Origin: Takakia lepidozioides
Taxonomy: Eukaryota; Plantae; Bryophyta
Direction: 5' to 3'
DNA: 64,000 nt
Assembly: GCA_030704615.1 (NCBI GenBank)
Contig: CM060732.1
Location: forward strand, 72,168,001-72,232,000
Shown here: positions 34,898 through 46,661 of the stretch, piece after piece
How the letters are laid out: each line of letters opens with the position of its first letter
Numbering within the stretch: the stretch's first letter is position 1
The notes under the pieces: model-generated
The model's input: the letters and a program-made list of their open reading frames with translations, nothing else
Told to the model about the DNA's origin: nothing
Databases searched by the model: none
Translations under genes and position numbers: made by a program

Positions 34898-37800
34898 GGA
34901 CCATGCGGCTGGACACCACAAATTCCTTACCGAAAAAAGGTCTTTTTTTACCTCCAGACCCTGCACCTTGCTTCACAGTTCCGGTAAAAATCAGAGTGCA
35001 AAATCGAGATATCGCTGTAGAAGCACTTTTGGACTCAGGAGTTTCAGCTTGTTTTATGGACAAAAACTTTGCGAAGCAACACAATTTAACGCTCGTACAG
35101 AAGAAACTCTCGGTCCCCGTTGAAGTCATCGATGGACGACCGTTAGCATCAGGAAATTTGGACCATGAAACTCGACCACTTGAAGTGAAGCTTAAATATC
35201 AAGCATCACATATTGTTTTCAATGTCATCCAATCTCCAACAAATCTTGTGATCCTTGGACTTCCCTGGTTCGTACTTTACAATCCCGACATCGACTGGCG
35301 ATCGCGAAAAATTTCTACAAGACAAAAATGTAGAAATATCAAAGGTATTCAACCCCTATTCCTTGGAGCTAGAGCCTTCATGAGAGCTACCAAAAAAGAG
35401 GCGACATTTGCATTTTATGCGACTCCGATCAAGACCACAACAGACAAAGGTACTTCAACATTACCCGCTCAATATCAAGATTTCAAAGATGTCTTCGAGA
35501 AGAAAAATGCAGACATGTTGCCAGAACATCGACCTTATGACTGTGCAATTGAGTTACAAGAAAGAGCCCAACCACCATTCGGCCCAATCTATAACTTATC
35601 CCAGACGGAGTTGGCTGCATTACGTGAATACATTGATGAAAATTTGTTGAAGCACTTCATCGGACATTCAAAATCACCCGCGGGGGCGCCTATCTTGTTT
35701 GTGAAAAAGAAGGACGGATCATTACGCATGTATGTCGACTATCGCGGTCTTAACAAAGTCACAATCAAGAATAGTTATCCGTTTGCCGCTGATTTCTGGG
35801 CTTCTCGACCAACTAGGACGAGCGAAGATTTCACCAAAATCGACTTGAGATGAGCCTATAACCTTGTACGGATAAAAGATGAGACGAATGAAAAACAACT
35901 TTTCGAACAAGGTATGGACATTTTGAATACAATGTTATGCCTTTCGTCTTACCAATGCTCCAGCAATTTTCCAACATATGATGAATGACATCTTTCGAGA
36001 ATTTTTAGATGACTTTGTAGTCATCTATTTGGACGACATTTTGATATTTTCACAGAATGAAGAAGAACATGGCCACCATGTACGCCTTGTCCTTGATAAA
36101 TTTAGAGAAAGATGACTATATGCCAAGTTGGAGAAATGTTTTTTCCATCAATCTGAGGTCGAATTTCTGGGCTACATTATTTCCGACAAAGGCGTCTTTA
36201 TGGATCAGAAGAAAATACAAACCATCATCGAGTGGATTAAACCAACTTCGGTCCGAGATGTACAATGTTTTCTGGGCTTTGCAAATTTTTATAGAATCTT
36301 CATCAATGACTACTCCAAAATTGCTGCACCATTGACACGACTCACAAGGAAGGACAAATTTATATGGGACGAGAAGGCTGACCAGGCATTTGAAAGGCTG
36401 AAGCAGACATTTACAATGGCTCCAATACTGGTACATGCAGACCCATCTAAACCATTCTTCTTAGAAGCAGATGCATCGGACTTTGCACTTGGCGCGATAC
36501 TCTCTCAATACGGTACAGATGGCCGACTCCACCCTGTTGGTTTTCGTTCTCGCAAATTTTCCGCTGCGGAGATCAATTATGAAATCCATGACAAAGAACT
36601 TCTAGCGATTATCGATGTTTTTGAGGAGTTGCGACATCTATTGGAGGGAGCTAAACATCAGGTCACTGTCTATACCGATCACAAAAACCTCGAATATTTT
36701 ATGAGTGCTCGTGTTTTGAATCGACGTCAAGCGAGATGAAGTATGTCACTAACAAGGTTTGATTTTGTTATTACCTACAGTCCCGGACATCTTCAAGGAA
36801 AACCAGATGCTCTTTCTCGACGATCGTATCTTGCGCCAAAAGAAGGGGATGCAGTTTTGGACCCAAAAAAATCCATCATCTTGAAACCAACAAATCTCCA
36901 ATTGAATATGCTATCTATGTCCACCTATGATGATGCAGAGATCATAAAAGAGATTTAGGAAGCACTGAAGAGCGACCATTTTGCCACGACACTATGAAGT
37001 CAACTAAATCAACCTCGAGACAACCCACATGTTAAAAACGACTTCGAATTCAAAGATGACTTATTTTACTTCAAGGGACTTCTCTATGTACCTCCAGGAC
37101 CTACACGACTTCAAATTCTTCAAACATGTCATGATCTTCCGGCTGCAGGACATTTCGGCTTCAACAAAACAATGGAATTGATATCCAGGGACAATTGATG
37201 TCAGCAGATGTGGAAACTCATGAAAGAATTTATAAAATCTTGCGACACGTGTGCTAGAGCGAAGGGACCACGACATCGACCTTACGGCCTTCTTCAACCA
37301 TTACCCATTCCCAAAGGTCCATGATCGTCCGTGTCTATGGACTTTATTACGGATCTTCCAATCTCCAAGACCACTGATTCAATCCTTGTTATTGTAGATC
37401 GTTTTACGAAGATGACACATTTCATTCCATGTAATGAGACAGTTACCGACGAGGAAACTGCAAGACTCTTCCTCAATAATATCTATCACATTCATGGACT
37501 CCCGAAGGACATCGTATCTGATCGAGGACCACAGTTCATATCAAATTTCTGGAGGGGATTATTTCACATATTGGATACTAAGATTAACCTCTCTACAGCT
37601 AATCATCCATAGACTGATAGTCAAACCGAACGTGTAAACCAGATTTTGGAGCAGTATCTTCGCTGTACGATAAATTATCACCAAGATAATTGGACGGACC
37701 TTCTGTCATTGGCTGAGTTTGCCTATAACAACACTATACATTCTTCGACCAAGCAAACTCCATTTTTCTCCAATTATGGTCATCATCCTCGAGCAAACCC

Positions 37801-38395
37801 TTTCCACAAGAAGACTGTTGGAAGCCCTGCTGCAGAAAATCTTACTACTCATCTTGCTATGATTCACAAGGAGCTTACATCCCACCTCGCAGAAGCTCAA
37901 AAACAATACAAAGAGTATGCAGATCAACGTCGCCAACTCCAAACCCCAGTTCAAGGTCGGAGATCGTGTGTGGCTTTTTCGACGAGACATACAAACCTCG
38001 CGACCATCAAGGATGTTGGATTATCAACGCTTGGGACCATTCAAAATTATTCGACAAATAAATCCGGTCAGTTTTCGGCTTGAACTCCCACGAAGTATGT
38101 GCATCCATCCAGTCTTTTATGTTTCATTATTGGAGTTGTATCATCCATCAAATATTCCAGGGAGAGTCTCCGTATCACTTCCACCAGTCGAAGTCAATTA
38201 GGAAATTGAGTATGAAGTCGACGAAGTCCTAGACTTTCGCATCAAGTATAAATGTCTTGAGTATTTCCTACACTGGAAAGGCTACGACATCAGCGAACGA
38301 ACGTGAGAACCTTCATCCAACCTCGCCAATGCATATGACAAAGTCTAAGAGTTTCATCAACGATATCCAGCCAAGCCCCGAGCTACACGTCAATA
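34870..38395 (+). pseudogene. pol: Pol (protease, RT, RNase H, integrase, chromodomain) with stops and frameshifts
   Basis: ALLDSGVS, YLDDILI, ADASDFALGA, VYTDHKNL, MDFITDLP, VSDRGPQF, GPFKI, and chromodomain EYEVDEVLD..WKGYDISERT*EP. Begins in the -1 frame relative to gag. Confidence 0.95.
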
Positions 38396-38434
38396 AGACG
38401 TCACAACGATGATGTCAGCCAAGTTAGCTTCAAG

Positions 38435-38992
38435 GTGAAGACTCCACATTCAATGTACCTGATATACGCTAAGGAGGGAGGAGCACCACACATCAGTATA
38501 TATAGCTATACTTCCAGCACTCTTGCATCTTATATTCGCAGTATGGAGTCACATGAACCAGATACATTGGAGTTGTCGCTTACCCAACTACCAGATCAGC
38601 CATTCCGATTCTCACGACCTTCAACATCACACCAACGCTCTCGAGACGATGGGCCACCAATGCGACGCGTACTTCCTCGTCTGAACCCCGTACGACGGCA
38701 AGTAGAGCCTACTCGAAGTCTGATAATTCTGTTGGAGGTTGAGGCTTCGGACCCAGAAGGCAACGAAATCATGTTTAAAGGCACATTCGAAAATCAATGC
38801 TCAAATTATTGCGTGTTCCCAAGTTCAAGGTGTTGGACACTATCGATGGTTGAAGGGACCTATAAATCATTTGGGTCAAGAACGAAGAGCCAAATACTTG
38901 ACAAGTACTATTCGCCGGATTTTGGATTTTGGATTTTCTCCGACTCTAAGCAAGTCCAAGACTTTACCGCTCCTCGAGGAACTCGGCGCTAG
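38435..38992 (+). CDS. Extra ORF between chromodomain and PPT, unknown function
   Basis: 185-codon open frame (internal ATG at ~38543, MESHEPDTLEL) ending at the PPT; no recognised motif. Confidence 0.45.
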   Translation: MKTPHSMYLIYAKEGGAPHISIYSYTSSTLASYIRSMESHEPDTLELSLTQLPDQPFRFSRPSTSHQRSRDDGPPMRRVLPRLNPVRRQVEPTRSLIILLEVEASDPEGNEIMFKGTFENQCSNYCVFPSSRCWTLSMVEGTYKSFGSRTKSQILDKYYSPDFGFWIFSDSKQVQDFTAPRGTRR

Positions 38993-39004
38993 AGGAGGGG
39001 GTGA

Positions 39005-39625
39005 TGTCATGGACATAGCCCAGAAGAACTTATCAGGAGTAAATACCAGAAGTTACCAAGTTATCATATTATCGAAAATTACAATGATTTACCGTGATTT
39101 ACCATGATTTACCATGATTTATCATTACTAATCAAGTTACCGGGAGTTTTTTAAAATTACCCAGAGTAACTTGGGAAACTACTCAGTAAGCTTCCTTTGG
39201 AGGAAATTTCTCCATCAAGATATCTCATTTGTTTAAGGAAGCTTCTCCATCAAGAAACCTTTGTTTAATCTTGGAAACTTCTCCAGCAAGAAACCTCCAT
39301 AGGGGAAGCTTCTTGGGGAAGCTTCTTAATAGCCAGTATATATAGGAGGCGAGACTGGACACTCTTCAGTCTCGCCAATACTAGTTCAAGCTACTCTTGT
39401 TTCCAATTCCCAGTATTCTAGCCTAGTTTCCAGTATATGGTACTCCAGCATTCCAGTATTCAAGTCGTGTTCCAATATCTTGTACTCTTGTTCATTGTTA
39501 TAAAAATCATCTTGATTCATATTTACTCATCGTGCATACGGTCACGCTGACCTTGACTTCTTGTCTAGTCTTGTACCTCTCCTCTGATCTCTTGTTTGTG
39601 TTCAGTCATGTTCTTGTCCTTGACA
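39005..39625 (+). repeat. 3' LTR
   Basis: TGTCATGGAC..CCTTGACA, followed by TSD GGACC. Confidence 0.95.
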
Positions 39626-40860
39626 GGACCTGCCGTAGTTTTTTTTGCACATAACAGTGTGTTCCGCCAGTGAGCAAAGATCTCATCCTAGATAAGCTTT
39701 TATAAGTTTGTTCACTTAGATAATGCTTGTAGTTACAATTCTAATGACCATCTGAAAATGTAGGTGGGACATGTTACCACCGCGTTCCGCCGCAAAAAAA
39801 ACCGACAAGACATTTTTCTTGGACAAACCTTTTTAACAATTCAAAGAGCTCAACATGCACGTCGGAGGATCCAATGCCTACAGTACACGAGACCTCGAAT
39901 AGTTTTGTTGCACCTTTCTCCATCGGTGGAAGTTTTTTCGGGTGCCCCTCCTTTTCTTTGTGTACGATTCTGCTTCTCCTTTCATTGCCTCCATGAAAAC
40001 TCCTAGACCGTCCTTGCCTAGTCTTTGCAGCCTCCGGTACAGCCCTACACCTCACTTACGCTCCCACGCCTCTGGTACAACATGCCCTGCAATCTCGAGC
40101 CTGTGCTACAATGCTAAGCGATTACGCATGTATGTTCTAACGGAGGTTGGGTAGCGTGTGAGCATGCTTACGTGAGCACAAGCGAATATTAAGGATATTC
40201 CCTAGATGCCTTTCAAATATTCTCCAGCGAAACTAAAATTGAGAAACTAAAAACTTTGCGAAAATTTTTTTAACTGCTCACATATGCCCTCACAGCATCA
40301 CTTAAGAAATAGTAACACCTATACACGATAAACATGTTACCCTATAGGCGTGGGTTTCCTCACGTTATGCGAACCGGATACCCCAGAAAACTCCAGAAAA
40401 ACAAAAATCGTGGTTTTCAGTCCGGGTATCGGCAGTTTAAGCCTTAGAAAAGTTATTTTCACATTGAGAAAATAAATCTGAAGGCACTCATATGCACCGT
40501 GCCTGTTAATATGTATTTCCTATGACCGTGGTTTGAAAATATTTAACCCCTATGACCGCGGGGTGTGCTCACGCCGTTTTTCATGTGAGCTGCAGCCCGC
40601 CACATCCTTTTGGCTCTACGTGTCCGGTGGGCTTTCGCCGATTTTATTTTTTGAACGGTTGGGGCAGATATTTTTTCCTTGCGCATTTCCATTGACAGGA
40701 CATGTTGTCCTTTCCCCAATATATATATTGACTACTATTACTTATTTTATCCTATTTTTATAGCCATATATATATATATATAAAGGGAAACACCTGGGAG
40801 CGACAGCTCACAAATCAGGCCCCTTAATTATAGTGAGAGGAAAAAATAACCTCTTTCAGA

Positions 40861-40945
40861 GTAACATACCACAGCCAGCAAGGTAGCAGGATTTGACCCC
40901 AGAATCATCTGGGTGGCACGGAGTGCACTATCCAATTGATCTACC
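40861..40945 (-). mobile_element. tRNA-derived SINE-like family B, copy 1
   Basis: Reverse complement GGTAGATCAATTGGATAG..GGTCAAATCCTGCTACCTT..GTGGTATGTT has A/B-box-like motifs and matches 53462-53538. Confidence 0.6.
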
Positions 40946-41200
40946 ATCTGTTGGTACATACATACATTCTAGGGAGATCATCAGAAATTAACAGCGAAGT
41001 AACGAAGTAACGCAGACGAAATGCTATTTTCCCGGGCAAAGCCTCGGCAGGTTCCTGGCAGGTGACAGGGGAGAAGCCCGCCCGGGAACCTGAGCGGCGG
41101 AGGGTTGCGAAAGAGGAGCCCGGAGAGGAGACAGTGGGAAGGCAGAAAGAAGGAGAGAGGAATTACGAGTGAGAGTTGGCAGTGGATCGAGTAGAGATTC

Positions 41201-41542
41201 ATGGCGACACCGCTGATAGCAGGTGTAGCAGTGGCAGTGACAGCCATGGCGGGAAAGTATGGAATTGAGGCGTGGCAGGCCTTCAGGGCTAGGCCTGCGG
41301 TGCCGCGCATGCGCAAGTACTATGAGGGGGGATTTCAGGCTGTGATGACACGAAGAGAAGCTGCACTGATTCTTGGCGTGAGGGAGAGTGTCGCGCAGGA
41401 GAAGGTGAAGGAGGCACACCGGCGGGTGATGCAGGCCAATCATCCAGATGCGGGAGGCAGCGATTACATTGCGTCCAAGATCAATGAGGCTAAGGAGCAC
41501 TTGCAGCTTGGGCAATCCCGGGGAAGTGGGTCTGTCTTTTAA
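41201..41542 (+). CDS. TIM14: Mitochondrial import motor J-protein PAM18/TIM14 (intronless)
   Basis: 113 aa: N-terminal hydrophobic segment, YYEGGFQAVMTRREAALILG, J-domain HPD motif (NHPDAGGSDYIASKINEAK). Confidence 0.95.
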   Translation: MATPLIAGVAVAVTAMAGKYGIEAWQAFRARPAVPRMRKYYEGGFQAVMTRREAALILGVRESVAQEKVKEAHRRVMQANHPDAGGSDYIASKINEAKEHLQLGQSRGSGSVF

Positions 41543-43011
41543 AAGGTTTTTCGAGAAAATCTGGGTCTAAGAGATAGTGTAGTTAATTTTCCCCGTGAGT
41601 TTTAGTCAAGTAATTATTAAGTGTGCAAGAGTTAGGGTATCTACTTGCTGCATGGTGTGCGTTTCAGCTTTTGTTATTTAGGGCTTAATCTGTACTCATC
41701 CCCTTACCTCATGAACCTAAGACCCATCAGGAAGCCATTTAGCCTGAAAATTTGGAGAGCAGCCATACTGTCTGCAACTTACTACTGAATGAAGCTCTAC
41801 TTCATATCATGAACATATTTCTTCGTCTCGAGTCCTCCCCGTTATTCTTATCTTTGACAAATATACTGGGATCAACCCCATGGACAAATAATAATTTCTG
41901 CTTGAAATCCATTTCCAAATCTAAATTGATGAGGTGAGATTGATAGCACTCGGCCAACAATTGGAACTGGCACGGTGCCTGGAAGATTTTGATCCGTGCT
42001 GGCACAGAGCAGTTGCAGTTTGGGCGCAAAGTTTCCTGTATATAAAATTGAGTAGCCAAAGCTGATTCCAGGTTCATCAACCAATGTGGGCATAAAAACT
42101 ACTGGCTTGGAAGGTATCCCACAAAGTACGAATCCCTCGTTCTGAATCAATGTGAGAACATGCATGCATGTCAAATATTTCGATGGAAACTTGAAGCAAG
42201 TCTTTTAACAAAATCACACGAACCCATGGCAAGCGAGCCAAGGAAAAACTGAAAGACCCACTTAGGCAGAGAGTGAAGCACGGTCTCAGTCCTTGGAAGA
42301 ACGAGGTCTTACCCTCACGGGAGGGGTCGGTAGGGGATTGTCTTTTGCCATCGGTGCCATCAGATCAGTCCCTCTGTCTATGGTTCCGTTCATTGAGGAG
42401 ATTGAGGTTGAATTCTGTCAAAACACAGTCTGGCTTGCCTGCATGTGATTTTATTTTTCGTTGGGGGGGCGTGGGGGGGGTAGTGAGGCGCGTTGCTGCA
42501 GAGCTGAGAACAACTCTTGGCAACTGGGCCACGTGTAGAACTGCAAAATCATCATAGTAGGGGACCCTGCTTGCAGAGCCCACCAAAGTAAGGTCAGCCC
42601 AAGAAACCCTCTAGAAAGTAGCCCTCACCATCTTCATGTAGCGCCTCAGGGCTGCACCTTCTAGAGGGGGCCCACTTCTATGCTTAGCCTCTACACGTGG
42701 CCTCACATTCCAACACTCGTGCCCTCCCTACCTTCCTCCCATTGGCCGCTTCAATCCTCGCCCTTTTTTCGACCTTCAGGAATAGCCCTGGGACCCTTAC
42801 CTTAGTTTGTTTGGGAAGGTAATCAGATTTCACCACAAAAGATGTGGTCCGCTGTCCCCTCTGCAGCAACGCACCTCATTACTACGAGTCCACCAGAAAT
42901 TCGTGGTCGTCTAACTTTATGTGCCAAAGGATCTCCTTTGGTCAGCTCATGGAGTTGACCCAGATGAACAGCCAGACGCTCCAGAGGGTTGAGCAGGTCT
43001 CAACTACCCTA

Positions 43012-43147
43012 AACAATATACAGCTGCAGAGCATTCACATGGACATCGGATCTTCTTTCTGCCCTTCCCGAGAACTGTCACTTGGACCGAACAATATACA
43101 GCTGCAGAGCATCCACATGGAAATCGGGTCTTCTTTCTGCCCTTCCG
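43012..43147. repeat. Two-copy tandem duplication (~79-bp period)
   Basis: AACAATATACAGCTGCAGAGCAT.CACATGGA.ATCGG.TCTTCTTTCTGCCCTTCC at 43012 and 43091. Confidence 0.85.
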
Positions 43148-43533
43148 CCACCGAGAACTGTCAATTTTGGTGCTGAAGCAATGCAAATTTGAAAAAGGGT
43201 TTGTGGTTTTAGCGACAAGGAAAACAGGGGGCGCCTCATTGCCACATGGTAGTTCTATAACTACATACCGTCTTTGGGTTCAGTCTCTTCATACTTATTA
43301 GCTCTAACATAGACCTCGTTGCCACCTTAGCTAGGGAGTGTGTCTCCCACGCAGTGTCTGGGCCCACCTTTAGATTTCCCACTATCTCCGTGCTTGTGCA
43401 TAGCGTGGCAGCAGAGATCTGGATGCTCACTATCTGCTGCACCCACACTTTGGTGGGATCAGCTCCCTTACTCCACACATGTCCAAAACCCTTACGGTCT
43501 ACCCTGGATAAATGGTACCTCTATAAACCTTAA

Positions 43534-44173
43534 CCCTTAAACGCCCGCGAGGCCGAAACTGGGCCTCGAAAGATTTTTCAGGAACCATAACTTTTTCAGG
43601 TCTTGATCAAATTTTGCAAAATCAGGGCCGTGGATTTTCTCCCATAGTCTAGTTTGCCGATGGGAACCCCCCTAGCCCTAATTCCTGATTAGCTAGTTGC
43701 AATTGCGATTTTTCAGGGGTATGTGGCGAAGCGTGGAGGTTCCCGCGTTGTGGTTGTGCACGCTCCAGTTCCCGCACGTTGCAGGTGGTCTGACACCCTG
43801 CTTTGACCAACCACAGCAGTGTACACTTGGCCAATTTGAGCACTTTTTGGCTTGTTGGATGTAGGATGTGGTGGGGATGACCAGTGAGATGCATCAGCCC
43901 AATCGAGTTCCATCCCGTCATCCAAATTTCAGGAAAACCACTTGCAATTTTATTTTTTTTGCCCCAAAAAATGCACCCCACATGCAACGGTGGCGTTTTC
44001 CTGATTTCCATACGATTGGCCTGGAATTTGGCAGGTGTATGCAAGGGGTAGTTAGGAAGATAATGTCCGGTCAAATTTCCAAAATCCTTTTTTCCCCTGA
44101 AATTACAGGGTTTTTTCATCCCAGGGGTAGTGATTTTGGGAAAAGTCAAACTTACCCAGTGGGCGTTTAAGGA
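43534..44173. mobile_element. piggyBac-like non-autonomous element (TTAA TSD)
   Basis: TTAA|CCCTTAAACGCCC .. GGGCGTTTAAGGA|TTAA; 13-bp TIR with one terminal mismatch. Confidence 0.72.
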
Positions 44174-44817
44174 TTAAACTACCATAAATGTTAAGAAAAT
44201 TTTACTCCCCTACTTGTGCACACTAGCATATGTTAAGTGTTATTTGTTAACAATTGTTTACTCCCCTCTTTGTTAATTTGCCCTCTATAAATGTTGTGTA
44301 CCATAAAGGCTACACCTAAGAGGAGAAAGTAATATAAGTTCCAACTAGATTATGATAAGATTCCATCTTAAAACATAACCAATTGCAGAAGACCAGAAAG
44401 TAAGTGGGAGGTCATACTAAAGTGAATAGATGAAGCAAGTGTATATACAACATTTGGAGACTTGATATGGAGGTTATTTTTGAGATACAACGAATGTATG
44501 TTCAGCATTTTGAGACTTGACATGCAGAATGTTTCGGAGAGACCAGATCACATAAGTTATGTAGTAGTTGTACCTGCGTTAGCTATTTTGCAAGTACATG
44601 GTATCAATTGGTCTTTTAGTGAGTGTAGTTAAGATATTCTTGAAATACCTATGCAGTTTTCTTTTTGGTTGTTGATAGGTAGGCCCACCCACATATGGTT
44701 AGATAGATGTGTTGTACTAATAAGTTAGATATTAGGTAATTAATAAAGATGAAAGACAACTCACAAACAAAGAGAGAATATATTGAATATATTACACTTT
44801 ATTTCACTTCATAACTT

Positions 44818-44997
44818 GCACTTGAGCAGGTAGCCCAGTGGTTGGGTGTTTGTGCCTTGCCTGTGCACAACCTAGGTGATCCTGGATTCAATACTTGGAC
44901 ATGTGCCTTCAGGCCGTCCATTGGGCCCTCGATGGCCTGTGTGTTGAGCATCAGGCTCTGTAATTCACTGGACGTTAAAGAATCTTTATCTTTATCT
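44818..44997 (+). mobile_element. tRNA-derived SINE family A, copy 3
   Basis: Full head, body and TTTATC tail; TSD TTCATAACTT (44808-44817) / TTCATAAGTT (44998-45007). Confidence 0.85.
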
Positions 44998-46661
44998 TTC
45001 ATAAGTTTTACTTTCATAATTTTTACATTTGTTAAATGTTACATTCTGTAAATGATAAACACAACTAACCCCTTCATAAACTGTTAATGTGTTAACCTTG
45101 TCTAAATGTTAGTTTTTTTTTCTACTCCCGACTGTTAACATTTATCCAGGGCAGACCGTACTTATTATCTGTGGTGTCAGATCTATCAACTCGATCGTTA
45201 AAATGGTGTGTGCAGCGACGCGGCAAGCAGGATCGTAGTGACTCATCCCTCGGATCCTGCGATGGCGTTGTAGGAGGCTACCTGTCAGGCTATAGCAAGC
45301 ACAACACAGAAGTGTTGCAACATCCACAGATTAATATCGGGATTCGAGAGTGAGCTTTCCTCTTGTCTTATTGTGCGTGTCTTGCTCTGCGTGTCGGGCT
45401 CATTCCATCCCCACTTTGCACTACATTTGTGGGCTGCGGTGACCTGGGCGAACTGCCATGTGTAAAAAATGGACACGTTATGCCGCTTCGAATGAAAATC
45501 GGATGCATTTTTTCAGTAGTGATCTAGCGTTTAGCGTGCAGCTGTTTTGTACTTGGATGTTTCGTGGGAAGAGGAAGTATGAAAGAACTACGAACTCCGG
45601 TCACAGAAAGACTGAAGAGGAAAGACACATGCTTCAAAGAGGAGAAAAGAGTGGTTTCAAAGAACACACAAAGAACAATGAGTGCGAAAGAGTCGAGACA
45701 TGTTACAGGTTTATTGTGCGGAAAAATGTGCAAGAGTGCACAACATTGTCCCAATGCGGGATGAATCACATGTATGGACTACAATTACAAGGGTCTCTAT
45801 GTTAACATCCGGCTACAAGCCTCTGCTAATTCTACCAAAGACATTATTCACAGTTTGCTACTTTCATTGCTCCCCACTACTCGCTGGTCCTCTGTTTGAC
45901 ACAATGCATATAGCCACTCATCACACGTTCTGATTGTGATGACTCTGGTATGAATTTGATATAGCGAGGAGGTTAAACTTGGAAGACTAGATTCCGTTGC
46001 ATCTCCGGTTGCTTATAAACTTGCTCAAAAGCAAAAAATTGAAATCTAGGATCTGACGCAGAGAGAAGAAGATAGATTCTGAAGATGCGTGAGCATCCAG
46101 GCTGCAAGTAGCGCAATCCCGCAAACCCTACTCTCACAAAGCGTGTTCCCTCAAAGCTCAACTTTCTAAGGCCAAATGCTTCGTGCAACAAAATTGTCCG
46201 GACCCAAATTATGCCAACAGGCATTATAAGCATAAGGCTTTTTAAGCCTTATGTTGTTTCTATGTAGCAGCCTCCACATCGTTTCGTCTTGCCGGTTGTT
46301 GAATAACAGCTTGGCAGCTGCCCCAAAAGGAAAAACTTTCACAGCCTCTTCTCCTTCCAGAGCTATGGTTGGAGCGTGTGCCTGTAAGCTGTGGGATGTG
46401 AGCACAAGATCATTATGTGCAATCGTGCGTGGTTTCGAATGAACAATATCCGTCCATAGAGCCGGACATCCACTCATGAAGCCCAGTTTGTATCAGGGCG
46501 CACTGCAGTCCTCTTTCATGCGGCACGGCAACTAGTGATAGAATTGATGATGCATGCTGGGCTGAGGGTTGCGACCAGTACATCAGAGGCCGATGTGTGT
46601 GCATGTGTCGATGTAATGCGTGTTTGGGCATTCGGATCCATGCAGCTGAAGCTTATACCAG

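Larger units (their letters stand above)
33191..39625 (+). mobile_element. Full-length Ty3/Gypsy chromovirus (Tcn1/Tf1-like), decayed
   Basis: LTRs 33191-33818 and 39005-39625 (TG..CA; the 5' LTR ends TGAAA), TSD GGACC at 33186-33190 and 39626-39630, PPT at 38991-39004, order gag-PR-RT-RH-INT-chromo. Confidence 0.97.
32699..40055 (-). pseudogene. Replitron HUH (Y1) endonuclease, split by the Gypsy at 33191-39625
   Basis: FEVSCTVGIGSSDV..CLVGFF-AAERGGNMSHLHFQMV..AYLG*..VMCK..RQV|RLHTWKDMLGYCLKDLGQLHFKFFGHNVTAHDMEEGNEMYALYG; contiguous once the LTR element is removed. Confidence 0.85.
31381..40822 (-). mobile_element. Replitron locus (probably degenerate head-to-tail units), interrupted by a Gypsy element
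   Basis: HUH coding region inside. Direct repeats GGGAGCGACAGC.CACAA.T.AGGCCC at 31381-31407 and 40796-40822, plus an ~85-bp direct repeat at 32411-32498 and 40591-40674. Confidence 0.6.
43495..45158. mobile_element. Non-autonomous Tc1/mariner (pogo-like) TIR element
   Basis: TIRs CGGTCTACCCTGGATAAATG and CATTTATCCAGGGCAGACCG, flanked by TA (43493-43494, 45159-45160). TIR resembles that of 7912-9411. Confidence 0.85.

Noticed and set aside
35850-38350. Recurrent TGG-to-TGA stops in Gypsy pol as recoding or RNA-editing targets
   Set aside because: Frameshifts co-occur, so ordinary C-to-T decay of methylated TE DNA is a sufficient explanation.
40981-41515. Minus-strand ORFs of 111 and 163 aa
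   Set aside because: Antisense shadows of the GC-rich TIM14 gene.
44818-44900. tRNA gene calls for SINE heads (also ~2520-2600, ~9541-9620, 40861-40945, 53462-53538)
   Set aside because: A/B boxes are present but there is no convincing cloverleaf, and they are attached to shared non-tRNA bodies.
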